Of a stretch of DNA of 64,000 bases, positions 1 through 9,387 are shown one piece after another. The notes below the pieces were generated by a model. That model did no database searches. It was not told the DNA's origin and was given only the letters and a program-made list of their open reading frames with translations. How positions within the stretch are numbered: position 1 is the stretch's first letter; every line of letters begins with the position of its first letter. The position numbers were made by a program, and so were the translations under genes. The DNA is taken from contig CAVWVO010000004.1 in NCBI GenBank assembly GCA_963758515.1, positions 1,513 to 65,512 on the forward strand, in the 5' to 3' direction. The DNA comes from an uncultured Actinomycetota bacterium. Its GTDB lineage: Bacteria; Actinomycetota; Acidimicrobiia; Acidimicrobiales; Bog-793.

Positions 1-61
1 GTTGCGGCCAACCCCATTCGGTCCGGCAGGAACGCCCTCAGCTAGCCGATCCTTTAGGACT

Positions 62-1216
62 TCAGAAGGCCGGTCCCGTCAGTACCTTCTCGTAGGCCGC
101 TACGAGCTCGCGAAGGCGGTCGATCGGTACCGCGTGGGCCGTGTTGCCGTCGCGACCGACCATCGTGTCCGCTGCCACCAATGCATTCACAATGGCTTCC
201 TCGGTGGCATCGACCACCGCCTCGTAGAGCGGGCTAATGTAGCTCTCACTGAAGCTGTGTGACGGTTCGGGTAAGCGGTCCGTCATCGTCGGGCAGGACA
301 GCCGCGACGTCTGCATTCCCGTCGCGAACGAAAGGAACAGGTCCCCGCTCGTGTGTGCGGCGACGCCACCCACTCGAGCGATTCCCAGTCCGGCACGCTG
401 CGCGATCCGCGAGCACTGGTGGGGTAACAGCGGCGCATCGGTGCCGACGACCACGATGATCGATCCGGTCCGGGCAGCCTGCCCACCCATCTCTGGCCCG
501 GGCACGACCGACTTCGGCAGGAGCCGACCGACCGGAACGCCGCCCACGTTCAACCTCTCTCGTTGTCCGTAGTTGGCTTGCACCAGCACGCCGACGGTGT
601 AGCTCCCCGTCTCAAAGTCGACGAGCCGCGATGAAGTCCCGATGCCGCCTTTGAACTCATGACAGATCATGCCTGTGCCACCGCCGACGTTGCCCTCATC
701 GACCGCCCCCTCCGCGGCCGTGTCCAGAGCGCTCCACACGTGCTCCGCCTCGACGTGCATCCCGTTGATGTCATTGAGGTAGCCGTCCCACGTTTCGCCG
801 ACTACCGGGAGGCTCCACCGCGTTTCGCCGGACGGCCGGTCGCGCACCTCCGCCGCGATCAGTGCATCGCGTACGACGCCAACGCTGTGCGTGTTGGTGA
901 TAGCCACTGGCGAGGTCAGCAGACCGGATTCACGTACCCACTCAAGGCCGGTGAGTTCACCGTTGCCATTCAGCCGATGGCACCCGGCGAAGATGGTGGC
1001 CTGCCCGACGTTCGAGTGTGGCACGATCACCGTGACACCGGTACGTACCGGACCACGCCCGACCACGAGCTCGCCATCCCCATCGACTAACGTGGTGTGG
1101 CCGACACGGACTCCGACCACGTCGGTGATGGCATTTTCAAGCCCTGGAGTCCCGGCTCCGATCACGATGCCGAGGTCACGCGGACGGGCGCGGCGTTCTT
1201 GGGAGGCCGCGGGCAT
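62..1216 (-). CDS. DmpA / P1-family (S58) aminopeptidase-like protein
   Basis: Uninterrupted 384-aa ORF. The motifs GAGTPG..NAITDV.GVRVGH and GGTG..HEFKGGIGTSS are typical of the L-aminopeptidase/D-esterase family. Confidence 0.85.
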   Translation of the reverse strand: MPAASQERRARPRDLGIVIGAGTPGLENAITDVVGVRVGHTTLVDGDGELVVGRGPVRTGVTVIVPHSNVGQATIFAGCHRLNGNGELTGLEWVRESGLLTSPVAITNTHSVGVVRDALIAAEVRDRPSGETRWSLPVVGETWDGYLNDINGMHVEAEHVWSALDTAAEGAVDEGNVGGGTGMICHEFKGGIGTSSRLVDFETGSYTVGVLVQANYGQRERLNVGGVPVGRLLPKSVVPGPEMGGQAARTGSIIVVVGTDAPLLPHQCSRIAQRAGLGIARVGGVAAHTSGDLFLSFATGMQTSRLSCPTMTDRLPEPSHSFSESYISPLYEAVVDATEEAIVNALVAADTMVGRDGNTAHAVPIDRLRELVAAYEKVLTGPAF

Positions 1217-2139
1217 TGCTACTTCGCCACGCTGACTCGAGGTGGGTGTTGGTTCAACGTTCGGTGCTGGAGTTTGAAGTCATCGACGCTCACCTCTCAG
1301 CGTAGGCGAACGAGCGATGGTGTCGAGCGAGCCTGCGGGGGTGCCGAACTGAACGCAGTACCGTTTCGATCGTGACGGTCACTCGCTCGAAGTCCATCAT
1401 CTTCGATCGCCGTGACTGCACTGTCAGAGAGGACGTCGACGTTGTCGAATGGTGCGGCATAGCCGCGAGCGCGGACCTTTAGGGCCGGCGAAGCCCCCGC
1501 AACGGCGACGTACGCCTCGACGGCATACAGGCCGACCGCCAGCAGCCAGTTGAGGAGGATGTCGGCATGAAGAACGGTGCGATGATGTGTACCCTCGTCG
1601 AAGTTCCCCTGGCGCGTAGCCTCATCGTGCGCATGACATCAATCCGGCCGCGCAGACGAGATGCCTGCTCTCGGAAGCGGCCGTACTCCTCGATGCGTCC
1701 GCGCTGGAGATAGCGCAAGAGAAGATCGAGGAACGGGCGACGAAGTTCTCGAGGACCGGACTGCCGGCATCGACGAGAGCCGGAGCCGGCGCGGACCAGA
1801 AATCGATCGCTCTCGCACTTCGATCGGAGGCATCACGCTTCCTACTGGTCTTGCTGGTCGGGAGGAACTGCCGGTCACCCCGGTGCCTCCCGCATCATCT
1901 GCTTCGTCAAGTTCCCGCCAGGCACCCGACGATGCCGGAAGAGCGGTGGGCGGTGCAACGACGGCCGGCGTGGTCGCCGGCCGCGGCGGCGGCCTTGGCG
2001 CGCTGATCTGCGAGGAGCTTGGAGGGTTCCGGTCCAGGGGATCCGGGCGTACTTGCGGGCGCGGCAGCCGTTGGTCCTGCTGCAGATGAAGAACTTGTCG
2101 ACGGCCCCGGCGGTGTGCCTGATGTGGCCGATGGTCCCA

Positions 2140-2472
2140 AGGTCCGCCGGGGTCGTACGACCTCAGCTTGTAAAGCCGTACTGAGCCGAACTCCGGCTTG
2201 TAGCGCTTCGAGCGCAGCGCACATTTGCGCGTCGCGTCGGGCTGGCGGTGCACCCAGAGGTGCTCAATCCATCTGTCGAGGAATGCCACCAGGATCATGT
2301 TCCCCGTCAGCGGCAACTTGCCGCCCTCCGCGTCCGTCAAGACCTTGGCCAAGTCGCTCTGGGCGGTGCGGAGCGTCCCGTGCACGGTTCTCGATGCCTG
2401 GCGCGGCTGACCATCCGGCCGGTAGCCGACGACGACGCGCAGCCGCCAGATTCCAGCGCTCGTTTCGGTCAT
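2140..2472 (-). pseudogene. Tyrosine integrase, N-terminal fragment only
   Basis: MTETSAGIWRLRVVVGYRPDGQPRQASRTVHGTLRTAQSDLAKVL..FLDRWIEHL matches the N-terminal SAM-like domain pattern of actinobacterial phage-type integrases. The frame then collapses and no catalytic R..HxxR..Y region is found downstream. Confidence 0.6.
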
Positions 2473-2494
2473 CGTGCCGCGCACGAGAAGCGGC

Positions 2495-2711
2495 TCTAGA
2501 CAAGGTTCTAGACGCGGTGTCATCCCTCTCCTTACAAAAGGGCTGGTAGAAGGCCCAAAATATTAGATGTCGTAGTAGAGCATGAAGCTTCCGGGGAGTC
2601 TGCCTGGACGTCAGCAGACCCCAGGAGTGCTGATCAGGGACCTGCGCCGCCACTCTGGGTGCATCTGGTGCGGTCTGGTTGGCGGCAGTTCTAGACGCGA
2701 AGCTAGACGCG
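2495..2711. repeat. Two pairs of direct repeats (T)CTAGACGCG flanking an AT-richer 170-bp spacer, next to the integrase start. Candidate arm-type sites of an att region.
   Basis: Copies at 2495-2501, 2507-2516, 2690-2699 and 2703-2711, with a 12-bp period inside each pair. The first pair lies 23-44 nt upstream of the integrase fragment start at 2472. Confidence 0.45.
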
Positions 2712-3107
2712 TACGGGGGCAAGACCCGGGAGACCGTTGGCGGTCGACGTCTCTGCCTGACGCAGCAATCCCTGTACCACGACGCGACGCGGGCCCAGCC
2801 ACGAGATCCGAGCCGAAAGCGCCATGGGGTTGACGGCCGCATGCTGACGTACTGATAGGACGACACCAGTGGATTACTCGGAACTGCACCGCCCCGACCG
2901 GCACTTGAAGGGCTGTCGCTGCCTCCTTGTAGGAAAGACCGATCCCGGCCACGAGAAGCAGCAGATCGCGAGCTTCGGGAGAAAGCTCGCACAGAGCCGC
3001 CTCGATGCCAGTGTGGTCGGGGAGTTGGTCGACGACCCCCTCCCACCGATCGTCTCCTTCGTCCGCTCCGGCGCTGAACCGGCCAACGGCCCGGTCCTTG
3101 CGACGCC
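2611..3107 (-). pseudogene. ECF sigma-70 fragment (region 4 only)
   Basis: Minus-strand translation gives ..ALCELSPEARDLLLLVAGIGLSYKEAATALQVPVGAVQFRV, a sigma-70 region 4 HTH. There is no region 2 upstream (in-frame stop near 3110) and the sequence after 2860 is meaningless. Confidence 0.4.
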
Positions 3108-3121
3108 TTTAGCCAGCTTGG

Positions 3122-3138
3122 ATACCCTGCCAGGGTAT
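3122..3138 (+). promoter_or_regulatory. CsoR/RicR-type operator dyad ATACCCTGCCAGGGTAT (TACCC-N5-GGGTA)
   Basis: Perfect 7-bp arms ATACCCT/AGGGTAT, 24 nt upstream of the csoR-like start, overlapping a TATGGT -10-like hexamer. Confidence 0.65.
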
Positions 3139-3161
3139 GGTAAGCGCACGGGAGGTGAGGG

Positions 3162-3442
3162 ATGGTCGGGTACTCGGACAACAAGGATGACGTGCTGCGC
3201 CGTTTGCGCCGTATAGAGGGCCAGGTGAGGGGCCTGCAGCGGATGGTGGGCGAAGACGCCTACTGCATCGACGTGCTGACCCAGATCTCGGCGGCGACCA
3301 GGGCGCTGCAGTCGGTCGCCCTCGAGCTGCTCGGCGACCACCTGTCCCACTGCGTGCAGGAGGCACTTCAGTCGGGCGGCCCGGACGCTGACGACAAGGT
3401 CCGGAGGCCCGCGACGCCATCGAGCGTTTGGTGCGCTCGTGA
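3162..3442 (+). pseudogene. csoR: CsoR/RcnR-family metal-sensing repressor with a probable 1-nt frameshift near 3401-3405
   Basis: LRRLRRIEGQVRGLQRMVGEDAYCIDVLTQISAATRALQSVALELLGDHLSHCV is a textbook CsoR core. The expected C-terminus EARDAIERLVRS-stop is present, but in another frame and ending at 3442. Confidence 0.65.
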
Positions 3443-3445
3443 TCG

Positions 3446-4755
3446 TTGCCGATGGCGATCGTGCGCGCCACGTTCGTGACCGACATCGGCCACTCGCTCC
3501 GGGAAGGCTTCTACATGTTCTGGGAAACGCTGTGGGCGCTCGTCCTCGGCTTCGGCCTTTCGGGGGCCGTCCAGGCGTTCGTGTCCCGAGACGAGATGCA
3601 GCGCCGCCTGGGCGACCACCGGCCGGCGCGCGGTCGCCCGAGCGTCGCTCTACGGGGTCGTCTCGTCGTCATGCTCGTATGCCGCCGCGGCGATGGCGAA
3701 GTCCCTGTTCGCCCGAGGGCGCGGACTTCCTCGCCTCGATGGTGTTCATGTTCGCCTCGACCAACCTGGTCGTCGAGCTCGGCATCGTGCTCGCTCGTGC
3801 TGATCGGCTGGCAGTTCGTCGCCGCCGAGTTCGTCGGCGGGGCGATCATGATCGTCCTGCTCGTGCTCGCCGGCGGCCTGTGGTTCCGGGGCCGGGCCCT
3901 CGCCGAGGCCCACAAGGTCGCCGAGGCGTCGAGCGGCGACCACGCGCACCACAGGTCGGAGAGACGGAACGCCAGCGTCTCGGCGGGCGCGCTGGATCGC
4001 GTCGCTCGGCCGGTTGGTCGGACGCCGCCGGCTACACGATGAGCGACCTCACCATGCTGCGCCGCGAGATGGTCGATCGGCTTCGTCGTCGCCGGCTTCC
4101 TCGCCGAGCTCGGTGCCGACTCATGTCTGGAACGACGTGTTCATCCACGGCCACGGCTTCTGCGACCACGCTCGAGAACGTCGTCGTCGGTCCGTTCGTC
4201 GCCATCATCAGCTTCGTCTGCTCAATCGGCAACGTCCCGCTCGCGGCCGCGCTCTGGAAGGGCGGCATCAGCTTCGGCGGTGTCGTCAGCTTCATCTTCG
4301 CCGACCTCATCGCCTTGCCGCTGCTGCTCGTCTACCGCAAGCAGTACGGCCGGCGGATGACGCTGCGCATGCTCGGCGTGTTCTGGCTCGTCATGTCGCT
4401 CGCCGGCCTCGTCACCGAGGAGCTCTTCAAGGCCGTCGGCTGGGTGCCGAAGACCCGACCGACCGTCATCGCCGCCGACGCTCTGCGATGGGACTACACG
4501 ACCGTGCTCGACATCGTCGCGCTTGTCGCCTTCGCTGGCCTGTACTGGCTCTACCGCAACCGGGAGCGCTTCGGCGGCGGGAGCGGCTACGCCAAGGACC
4601 CGGTCTGCGGCATGCAGGTCGAGACAGCCCACGCTCCGGTCTCGGTCGCGCACGCGGGAAGTCGCGTCTACTTCTGTTCCGAGCGCTGCAGCGACCGGTT
4701 CCTGACTGAGCCCGAGCGCCAGGCCAGCGCCTTGAGGCCCGAGACACCAGCTTAA
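3446..4755 (+). pseudogene. Predicted permease (COG0701/ArsP-like) with a C-terminal YHS/TRASH metal-binding domain, carrying multiple frameshifts
   Basis: Permease segments are split between two listed ORF frames, and a third stretch seems to need the remaining frame: FWETLWALVLGFGLSGAVQAF / ADFLASMVFMFASTNLVVELGIVL / LIGWQFVAAEFVGGAIMIVLLVLAGGLWF. The C-terminus is DPVCGMQVE....YFCSERC. Confidence 0.7.
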
Positions 4756-4914
4756 AGGGGCGGCACCGAGCTCGTTGATCTTTGTATTCTCCATTGGCAA
4801 TCTTCGATGTTCCCGTGAGTGTCGTTGATGCGACTCTCTGGGCCTTGACTATCAGGGACTTATCGCACGGCCCTCGAACGCGTAGCCGAAAACTTTCGGC
4901 TCACCCTTGAAGTA

Positions 4915-5340
4915 CTAAGAGTCCAGCTGCTCGACGACGAAGCCGGGCCTGCTCGATCGCCTCGGGGATCCGGCGAGTGAGGTGACACCCGCCGGCAATC
5001 CGCTTGTTGAGCGGCCTCGAGGCGCCCTTGCCAACGCGCGACATGTGCATCGGGGGCGTGCCCGTGCTCGACGAAGTGGAGTTGAGCCACCGGGTTTCAG
5101 CAGGCGACGCGTCTCGGCGAGCGCCGTGGCGAGATCGGGGATGGTGCAAAGCGTCCAAGTTGAGAGAACCGGGCTCATTTCAAGCGGCACGCCGAGTTCC
5201 CAGAATATGGCCAGCGACGTGGCGGAAGCGGTGGAAGGTGAGACCTTCGACGCCCCAGCTCGAAGCAACGCCGGTTCGTAGGCACGCTGGCGGAAGTTGG
5301 GGGCTTGGGCGCCTGGAGGACTAGATCGCCGAGACAGGTC
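4915..5340 (-). pseudogene. Class I SAM-dependent methyltransferase, frameshifted
   Basis: LSTWTLCTIPDLATALAETRRLLKPGG, then LHFVEHGHAPDAHVARWQGRLE and NKRIAGGCHLTRRIPEAIEQA, lie in three different minus-strand frames. Confidence 0.5.
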
Positions 5341-5436
5341 CTGGCCCGTGAGAGCGAGGTGGGCGCTCAGCTCGTCAAGAATCCGATCAGGAACCGAGAC
5401 GGTCCGCGCGGAGGCGACGGTCGCACCAGCCGAGCC

Positions 5437-5850
5437 TTAACCGGGTCCGGACGTCCCGGCGGTGACGAAACCGAGCGCCTCATCACGGCTTCGACAGGCA
5501 CGAAGAGCAACGATCTTCCCGTCTCGGACAGTGAGGACGTGGAAGTTCATGTCAGCGGTCTGTCGCGCTCGCCTCGCATCGATACCAGGGGAGCGGGTGA
5601 CGACGAGCACGCGCTCACCGCTGGCGACGACATCCTGAAGTTCGGCGCGGACCTTCCATCCGCTGTCTCGTCCCATCCAGTACGCAAGCTGCTCGCGGCC
5701 GTGACAGACCGCGGGCTCTGGATCAGGGACACTCGGGTCGAGAAACGTCCACTCGAAATCGTCGGCGACGAGGTTCAAGACCGTCGTGAAGTCGCCGGCG
5801 GCGAATCCCGCGAATGCCTTACGGGCCACCTGCTCTGCGTTCTCAGCCAT
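5437..5850 (-). CDS. SnoaL-like / NTF2-fold protein
   Basis: MAENAEQVARKAFAGFAAGDFTTVLNLVADDFEWTF...NFHVLTVRDGKIVALR pattern. Its start overlaps the upstream stop by 8 nt. Confidence 0.7.
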   Translation of the reverse strand: MAENAEQVARKAFAGFAAGDFTTVLNLVADDFEWTFLDPSVPDPEPAVCHGREQLAYWMGRDSGWKVRAELQDVVASGERVLVVTRSPGIDARRARQTADMNFHVLTVRDGKIVALRACRSRDEALGFVTAGTSGPG

Positions 5851-6583
5851 CGTTACCTCCCTGCGCTTCAGAGTCGACCGAACGAGCGCCTCGGTGTTCA
5901 AGCCACTCGATCACGTTGGAGCGCTGCGTGCCTCGGCCACGCGCCGCGTCGAGTGGGGTGCCGTGCGCGTATTCGGGCACCCAATCGAGGTCGGCGCCAC
6001 GGTCGAGTAGTCGCTCGGCCGTGCGCCGCTGACCAGCACCGCAGGCGTGCCAGAAGCCCTGTGAGACGTTCTCAGGCGTGGCGACCGACTCGTCCGAGAG
6101 AAGCTCCTCGAGGCGATCGACAAGGCCGAGTGCCGCGGCTGTCCACAGCGAGTCGACACGCGCGCCGCGAGCGACGAGCAGGTGCGCCACGTTCCAGCAG
6201 CCATAGCCGACCGCGTTCGCGAGCGGGGTGCCGATCGAGCCGTCCGGCATGTCGACGTTGGCTCCGGCGTCAATGAGGACCGCCGCGACCGCGGCGTCGT
6301 CGCTGCTCGCCGCCCAATGCAACGGCGTCTCACCGCGCTCGTCGTCGTCACCACGAGCGTCGACGACGGCACCTGCGTCGACGAGCAGCCGCGCGATCTC
6401 TGGTCCCTTCGGAAAGTAGCCCGGCCAGTCCGTGACGACATGGAGCGGCGTCTTGCCTCCCGCCGCACCCCCGAGACGGGAGGAAGCGAGGCCTGGGTGC
6501 TCGTCGACGAGTCGCCGCATCGTGCCAATATCGCCGCCCCGGACCGCCGCGATCATTGCGATGGCGACCTCAGCCGTGGTCAT
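5843..6583 (-). CDS. Ankyrin-repeat protein
   Basis: Repeated G.TPLH.A......vv.lLldaGA.vd units (GKTPLHVV, GETPLHWAASSDDAAVAAVLIDAGANVD, GTPLANAV). ATG confirmed at 6583. Confidence 0.8.
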   Translation of the reverse strand: MTTAEVAIAMIAAVRGGDIGTMRRLVDEHPGLASSRLGGAAGGKTPLHVVTDWPGYFPKGPEIARLLVDAGAVVDARGDDDERGETPLHWAASSDDAAVAAVLIDAGANVDMPDGSIGTPLANAVGYGCWNVAHLLVARGARVDSLWTAAALGLVDRLEELLSDESVATPENVSQGFWHACGAGQRRTAERLLDRGADLDWVPEYAHGTPLDAARGRGTQRSNVIEWLEHRGARSVDSEAQGGNDG

Positions 6584-7257
6584 CGACGCTAGTCTCGGTC
6601 GAGCGCTTCTCCGGTGGGAAGGTGGGCACAACAGCAGGGTTGGACGTCGCAGACCTCGAGACGCACCCCGCGCTCGACGATGCATCCGCAGTCGGCACAG
6701 CGCATCTCCACAGGCGAAGCGTACGCACGTCCAACCGACAACTACTAGTCGGCGAGCCGTGCTTTCTCGGCCGGACTCATGCCCAGGTGGTGCTTTCGCG
6801 CTGGCGTTACCCATCGGAAGAGCGATGCACCTGGCCGCTTGCACCAGCAGTCAGGCTCACAGGCGCACCGAAACCCGAAACGCCCTTCGCCTCGGCCACA
6901 GGGGTCAAAAGGGCCGCGCCGACGTGGAGGCAGACGATGCCGACGAGCACGTTGCGCACTGTCGACGCCACGCTGACCCAGCTGGCACACGCCCGACCCA
7001 TCGACCTGTGACGGACTCCTGCAAAGGGCGGAAAGCGCTCTCGGCAAGCGGTGCCCGGTGATGATGACGTACGGATGACGTCGCGAAAGACGCGCCACGA
7101 CCGGGTAGGTGCGGTCGCTCTACATGTGACCTCCTGTGCCGTCGGACAAGCACGGCACACACCAGCACACGAGTTCGCTCATCCTTTACACCGCGCTACC
7201 TCTCGACGGCATTTTCGGGACTCCCTCTTCCCGACGGCTCAACGACGAGAGGCAGAG

Positions 7258-7869
7258 TCAGCGGCGACGGAGTACGACCCAACTAAACGGTTGAATCGTC
7301 CCAAACGGAGTAAGGTGTTCCTCGCCCTCCGAGTGCTCAAGCGAGAAGGCCAAGCCAAAGATCCGCGCCAGTTCTTCCGGGTTGTAGCGGCGAGTCGGAA
7401 GCCCGGAGCACTCCGTCGGGCCATTTGCTGCAAAGGTCGCTAGGACGAGCACTCCACCGGGTTCCACAGAATCGGTCGCGATCGATACGTAGTGATCTCG
7501 ATCCGCTTTCTCGGTGAGGAAGTGGAACACTGCTCGGTCGTGCCACGCCTCGTAGGTCCGGTCGGGCTGCCACGAGCGGATGTCGGCGACGACGAGCTTC
7601 ACCGCGTTGACTCGATATCCGAGTCGATCTCGCACCTTGGATACGGCCGCCTCGGAGATGTCGAGCGCCGTCAAGTCCTGCCAGCCGAGGTCGAGAAGAG
7701 CATCGACCAATGTCGAAGTTCCGGCGCCGACGTCGATCATCGAGCAAGTCGGTAACGCCCACCGCCTCAGCAGCCGCAATGAAATCTCGGGATCGGCTTG
7801 GTACCAACTGACTTCGTGGTTTGCCCTGGTCTTGAAGACGTCGTCCCAATGCCGGGCCGGGGCCGTCAC
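7258..7869 (-). CDS. Class I SAM-dependent methyltransferase
   Basis: Intact 203-aa ORF with motif I IDVGAGTSTLVDALL and an acidic loop LTALDIS. Confidence 0.85.
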   Translation of the reverse strand: MTAPARHWDDVFKTRANHEVSWYQADPEISLRLLRRWALPTCSMIDVGAGTSTLVDALLDLGWQDLTALDISEAAVSKVRDRLGYRVNAVKLVVADIRSWQPDRTYEAWHDRAVFHFLTEKADRDHYVSIATDSVEPGGVLVLATFAANGPTECSGLPTRRYNPEELARIFGLAFSLEHSEGEEHLTPFGTIQPFSWVVLRRR

Positions 7870-8004
7870 ATCTTCAAGCTAACTGCCAGCAAGCAGATCG
7901 AACCGCGATGGCGTCGGGTGAACGAACATACTTTTCTCCGGACTGACGGTGCGCTCCTCTTACGCATGATGCCCCAACAGCCCCCGCATAACTCCCGATG
8001 ACGC

Positions 8005-8451
8005 TCATTGGGGCTCGGCTTCGACGCGCCGCTTGAGTGCCGCGAGGTTGGCGGGCATCTCCTCTCGAGCTTCCCGCTCGACCATCAGCGGGACGAGAAG
8101 GCGACCTATGCCGCGTCCCTCGAAGTCGACGGAGATCGTAAGACGAGCTCGGGTGCCCGAGAGCGCTTCGACGGCGACATCGACGGCGGCCCGGATGGGT
8201 CCGTCCACGCCTCGTACGCACCAGGTGCTCGGCGGGTCGACGCGCACGACCTCGGCAGTGGCCGCCCGCTTGACGAACCCGATGCGCCGGGTCGTCAGAC
8301 AGCGGTCGCCGACCTTAGGGGCGCCCGGCGTGTCCATCGCGCCGTGAACCACTCCGTTCTGCCACTCGGAGAACCGCGAAGGGTCGGTGACGTAGTCGAA
8401 CACCACCTCGGCCGACCGATCGACCTCGATGCTCGTGGTGATCGGCGCCAT
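8005..8451 (-). CDS. SRPBCC (polyketide cyclase/dehydrase-like) protein
   Basis: 148-aa ORF with MAPITTSIEVDRSAEVVFDYVTDPSRFSEWQ, typical of the family. Abuts the next gene with no gap. Confidence 0.8.
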   Translation of the reverse strand: MAPITTSIEVDRSAEVVFDYVTDPSRFSEWQNGVVHGAMDTPGAPKVGDRCLTTRRIGFVKRAATAEVVRVDPPSTWCVRGVDGPIRAAVDVAVEALSGTRARLTISVDFEGRGIGRLLVPLMVEREAREEMPANLAALKRRVEAEPQ

Positions 8452-8934
8452 TCAGCCGATCCTGCTCAAGAGGTCTGCGTAGCGAGCCAGGTACAACGGC
8501 CAGCCGCCGTCGCCCTCGACACCTTCGCGGAGGCCTTCCCAGCCTGGTCCGTGACGATCGATATTGCGGTGCTCGAGCTCGAGGCGCGTCCGCTCGGCGG
8601 ATTCTGCGACAAATCGGACCTCGACCTCGCTGGCATGGCTGGGATCGCTCTCGAGCTGCCAGTACGGGCTGATGTCCCAGCTGAACACGACCCGATCGGG
8701 TGGGTCGTAGACCAAGACCCGGGCCCACCGGCATTCGCTCCCGTCCTCGGCGCGGTCGATGATGTGCCCGCCGACCTGCGGTTCGAAGGTGGTAGTCGTG
8801 ATCGGCGCGCCGAGGAGGTTGTGCTCCTTCGGTTTGAAGTCACCGAACCGCTCCACGAATGTTGCAAACGCGTGGGCGATCGGCGTGTTCACGACGATCT
8901 CTCGACGCACGACCGCTTGATCGGCAGGGGTCAT
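8452..8934 (-). CDS. SRPBCC / AHSA1-domain protein
   Basis: 160-aa ORF. Its N-terminus VVRREIVVNTPIAHAFATF and its position downstream of ArsR are typical of this arrangement. 4-nt overlap with the ArsR gene. Confidence 0.8.
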   Translation of the reverse strand: MTPADQAVVRREIVVNTPIAHAFATFVERFGDFKPKEHNLLGAPITTTTFEPQVGGHIIDRAEDGSECRWARVLVYDPPDRVVFSWDISPYWQLESDPSHASEVEVRFVAESAERTRLELEHRNIDRHGPGWEGLREGVEGDGGWPLYLARYADLLSRIG

Positions 8935-9254
8935 TGATCCTCCTCTGTTGGTTGGTCGACGAGGTCCTCGTAGCCGCCCAAGGCGCGGTCCCAGAAGGTG
9001 TCGAGCTGATCACGCAGCGCCGCGACACCGGCTGGGTTGAGCCGGTAGATACGGCGAGTGCCTGCCGCCTGCTCGACGACGAGGCCGGCGTCCTTCAACA
9101 CCTTGAGGTGCTGCGAGACAGCCGGGCGGCTGACGGGCAGACCGGCGGCCAGCTCGCCGACGGCTTGGGGCCGCTCGGCAAGGGTCATCACGATCGCCCG
9201 CCGGGTGCGGTCTCTGAGGGCGCCCCAACCCTCGTCTCCTTGGTTACTCTCCAC
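8931..9254 (-). CDS. ArsR/SmtB-family transcriptional regulator
   Basis: GALRDRTRRAIVMTLAERPQAVGELAAGLPVSRPAVSQHLKVLKDAGLV. The GTG start at 9254 is chosen just inside the upstream dyads. Confidence 0.8.
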   Translation of the reverse strand: MESNQGDEGWGALRDRTRRAIVMTLAERPQAVGELAAGLPVSRPAVSQHLKVLKDAGLVVEQAAGTRRIYRLNPAGVAALRDQLDTFWDRALGGYEDLVDQPTEEDQ

Positions 9255-9287
9255 TAACCGTAAGTTAGTCCTAACGGATGGTCCGTT
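9254..9287. promoter_or_regulatory. Candidate ArsR operator array (CTAAC-N5-GTTAG, GTTAG-N2-CTAAC, AACGGA-N3-TCCGTT)
   Basis: Nested inverted repeats read directly at 9254-9268 and 9273-9287, immediately upstream of the ArsR start. Confidence 0.5.
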
Positions 9288-9387
9288 GTCAAGGCGGACG
9301 CGGATCAAGACCCGCATCCCCGGTTCCTCAGGAAACCCATGGATCGACTCCGGACGAACCGCCAAGCGCAGCATTCGACAGTCGGCG

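Noticed and set aside
1380-2140. The catalytic C-terminal half of the integrase, or other element genes, between DmpA and the integrase fragment.
   Set aside because: There are hints only: an FICS..GCRARKYAR-like motif and a hydrophobic ADILLNWLLAVGLYAVEAYVAVAG stretch in shifting frames. No R..HxxR..Y signature was found, and nothing here can be supported as a feature.
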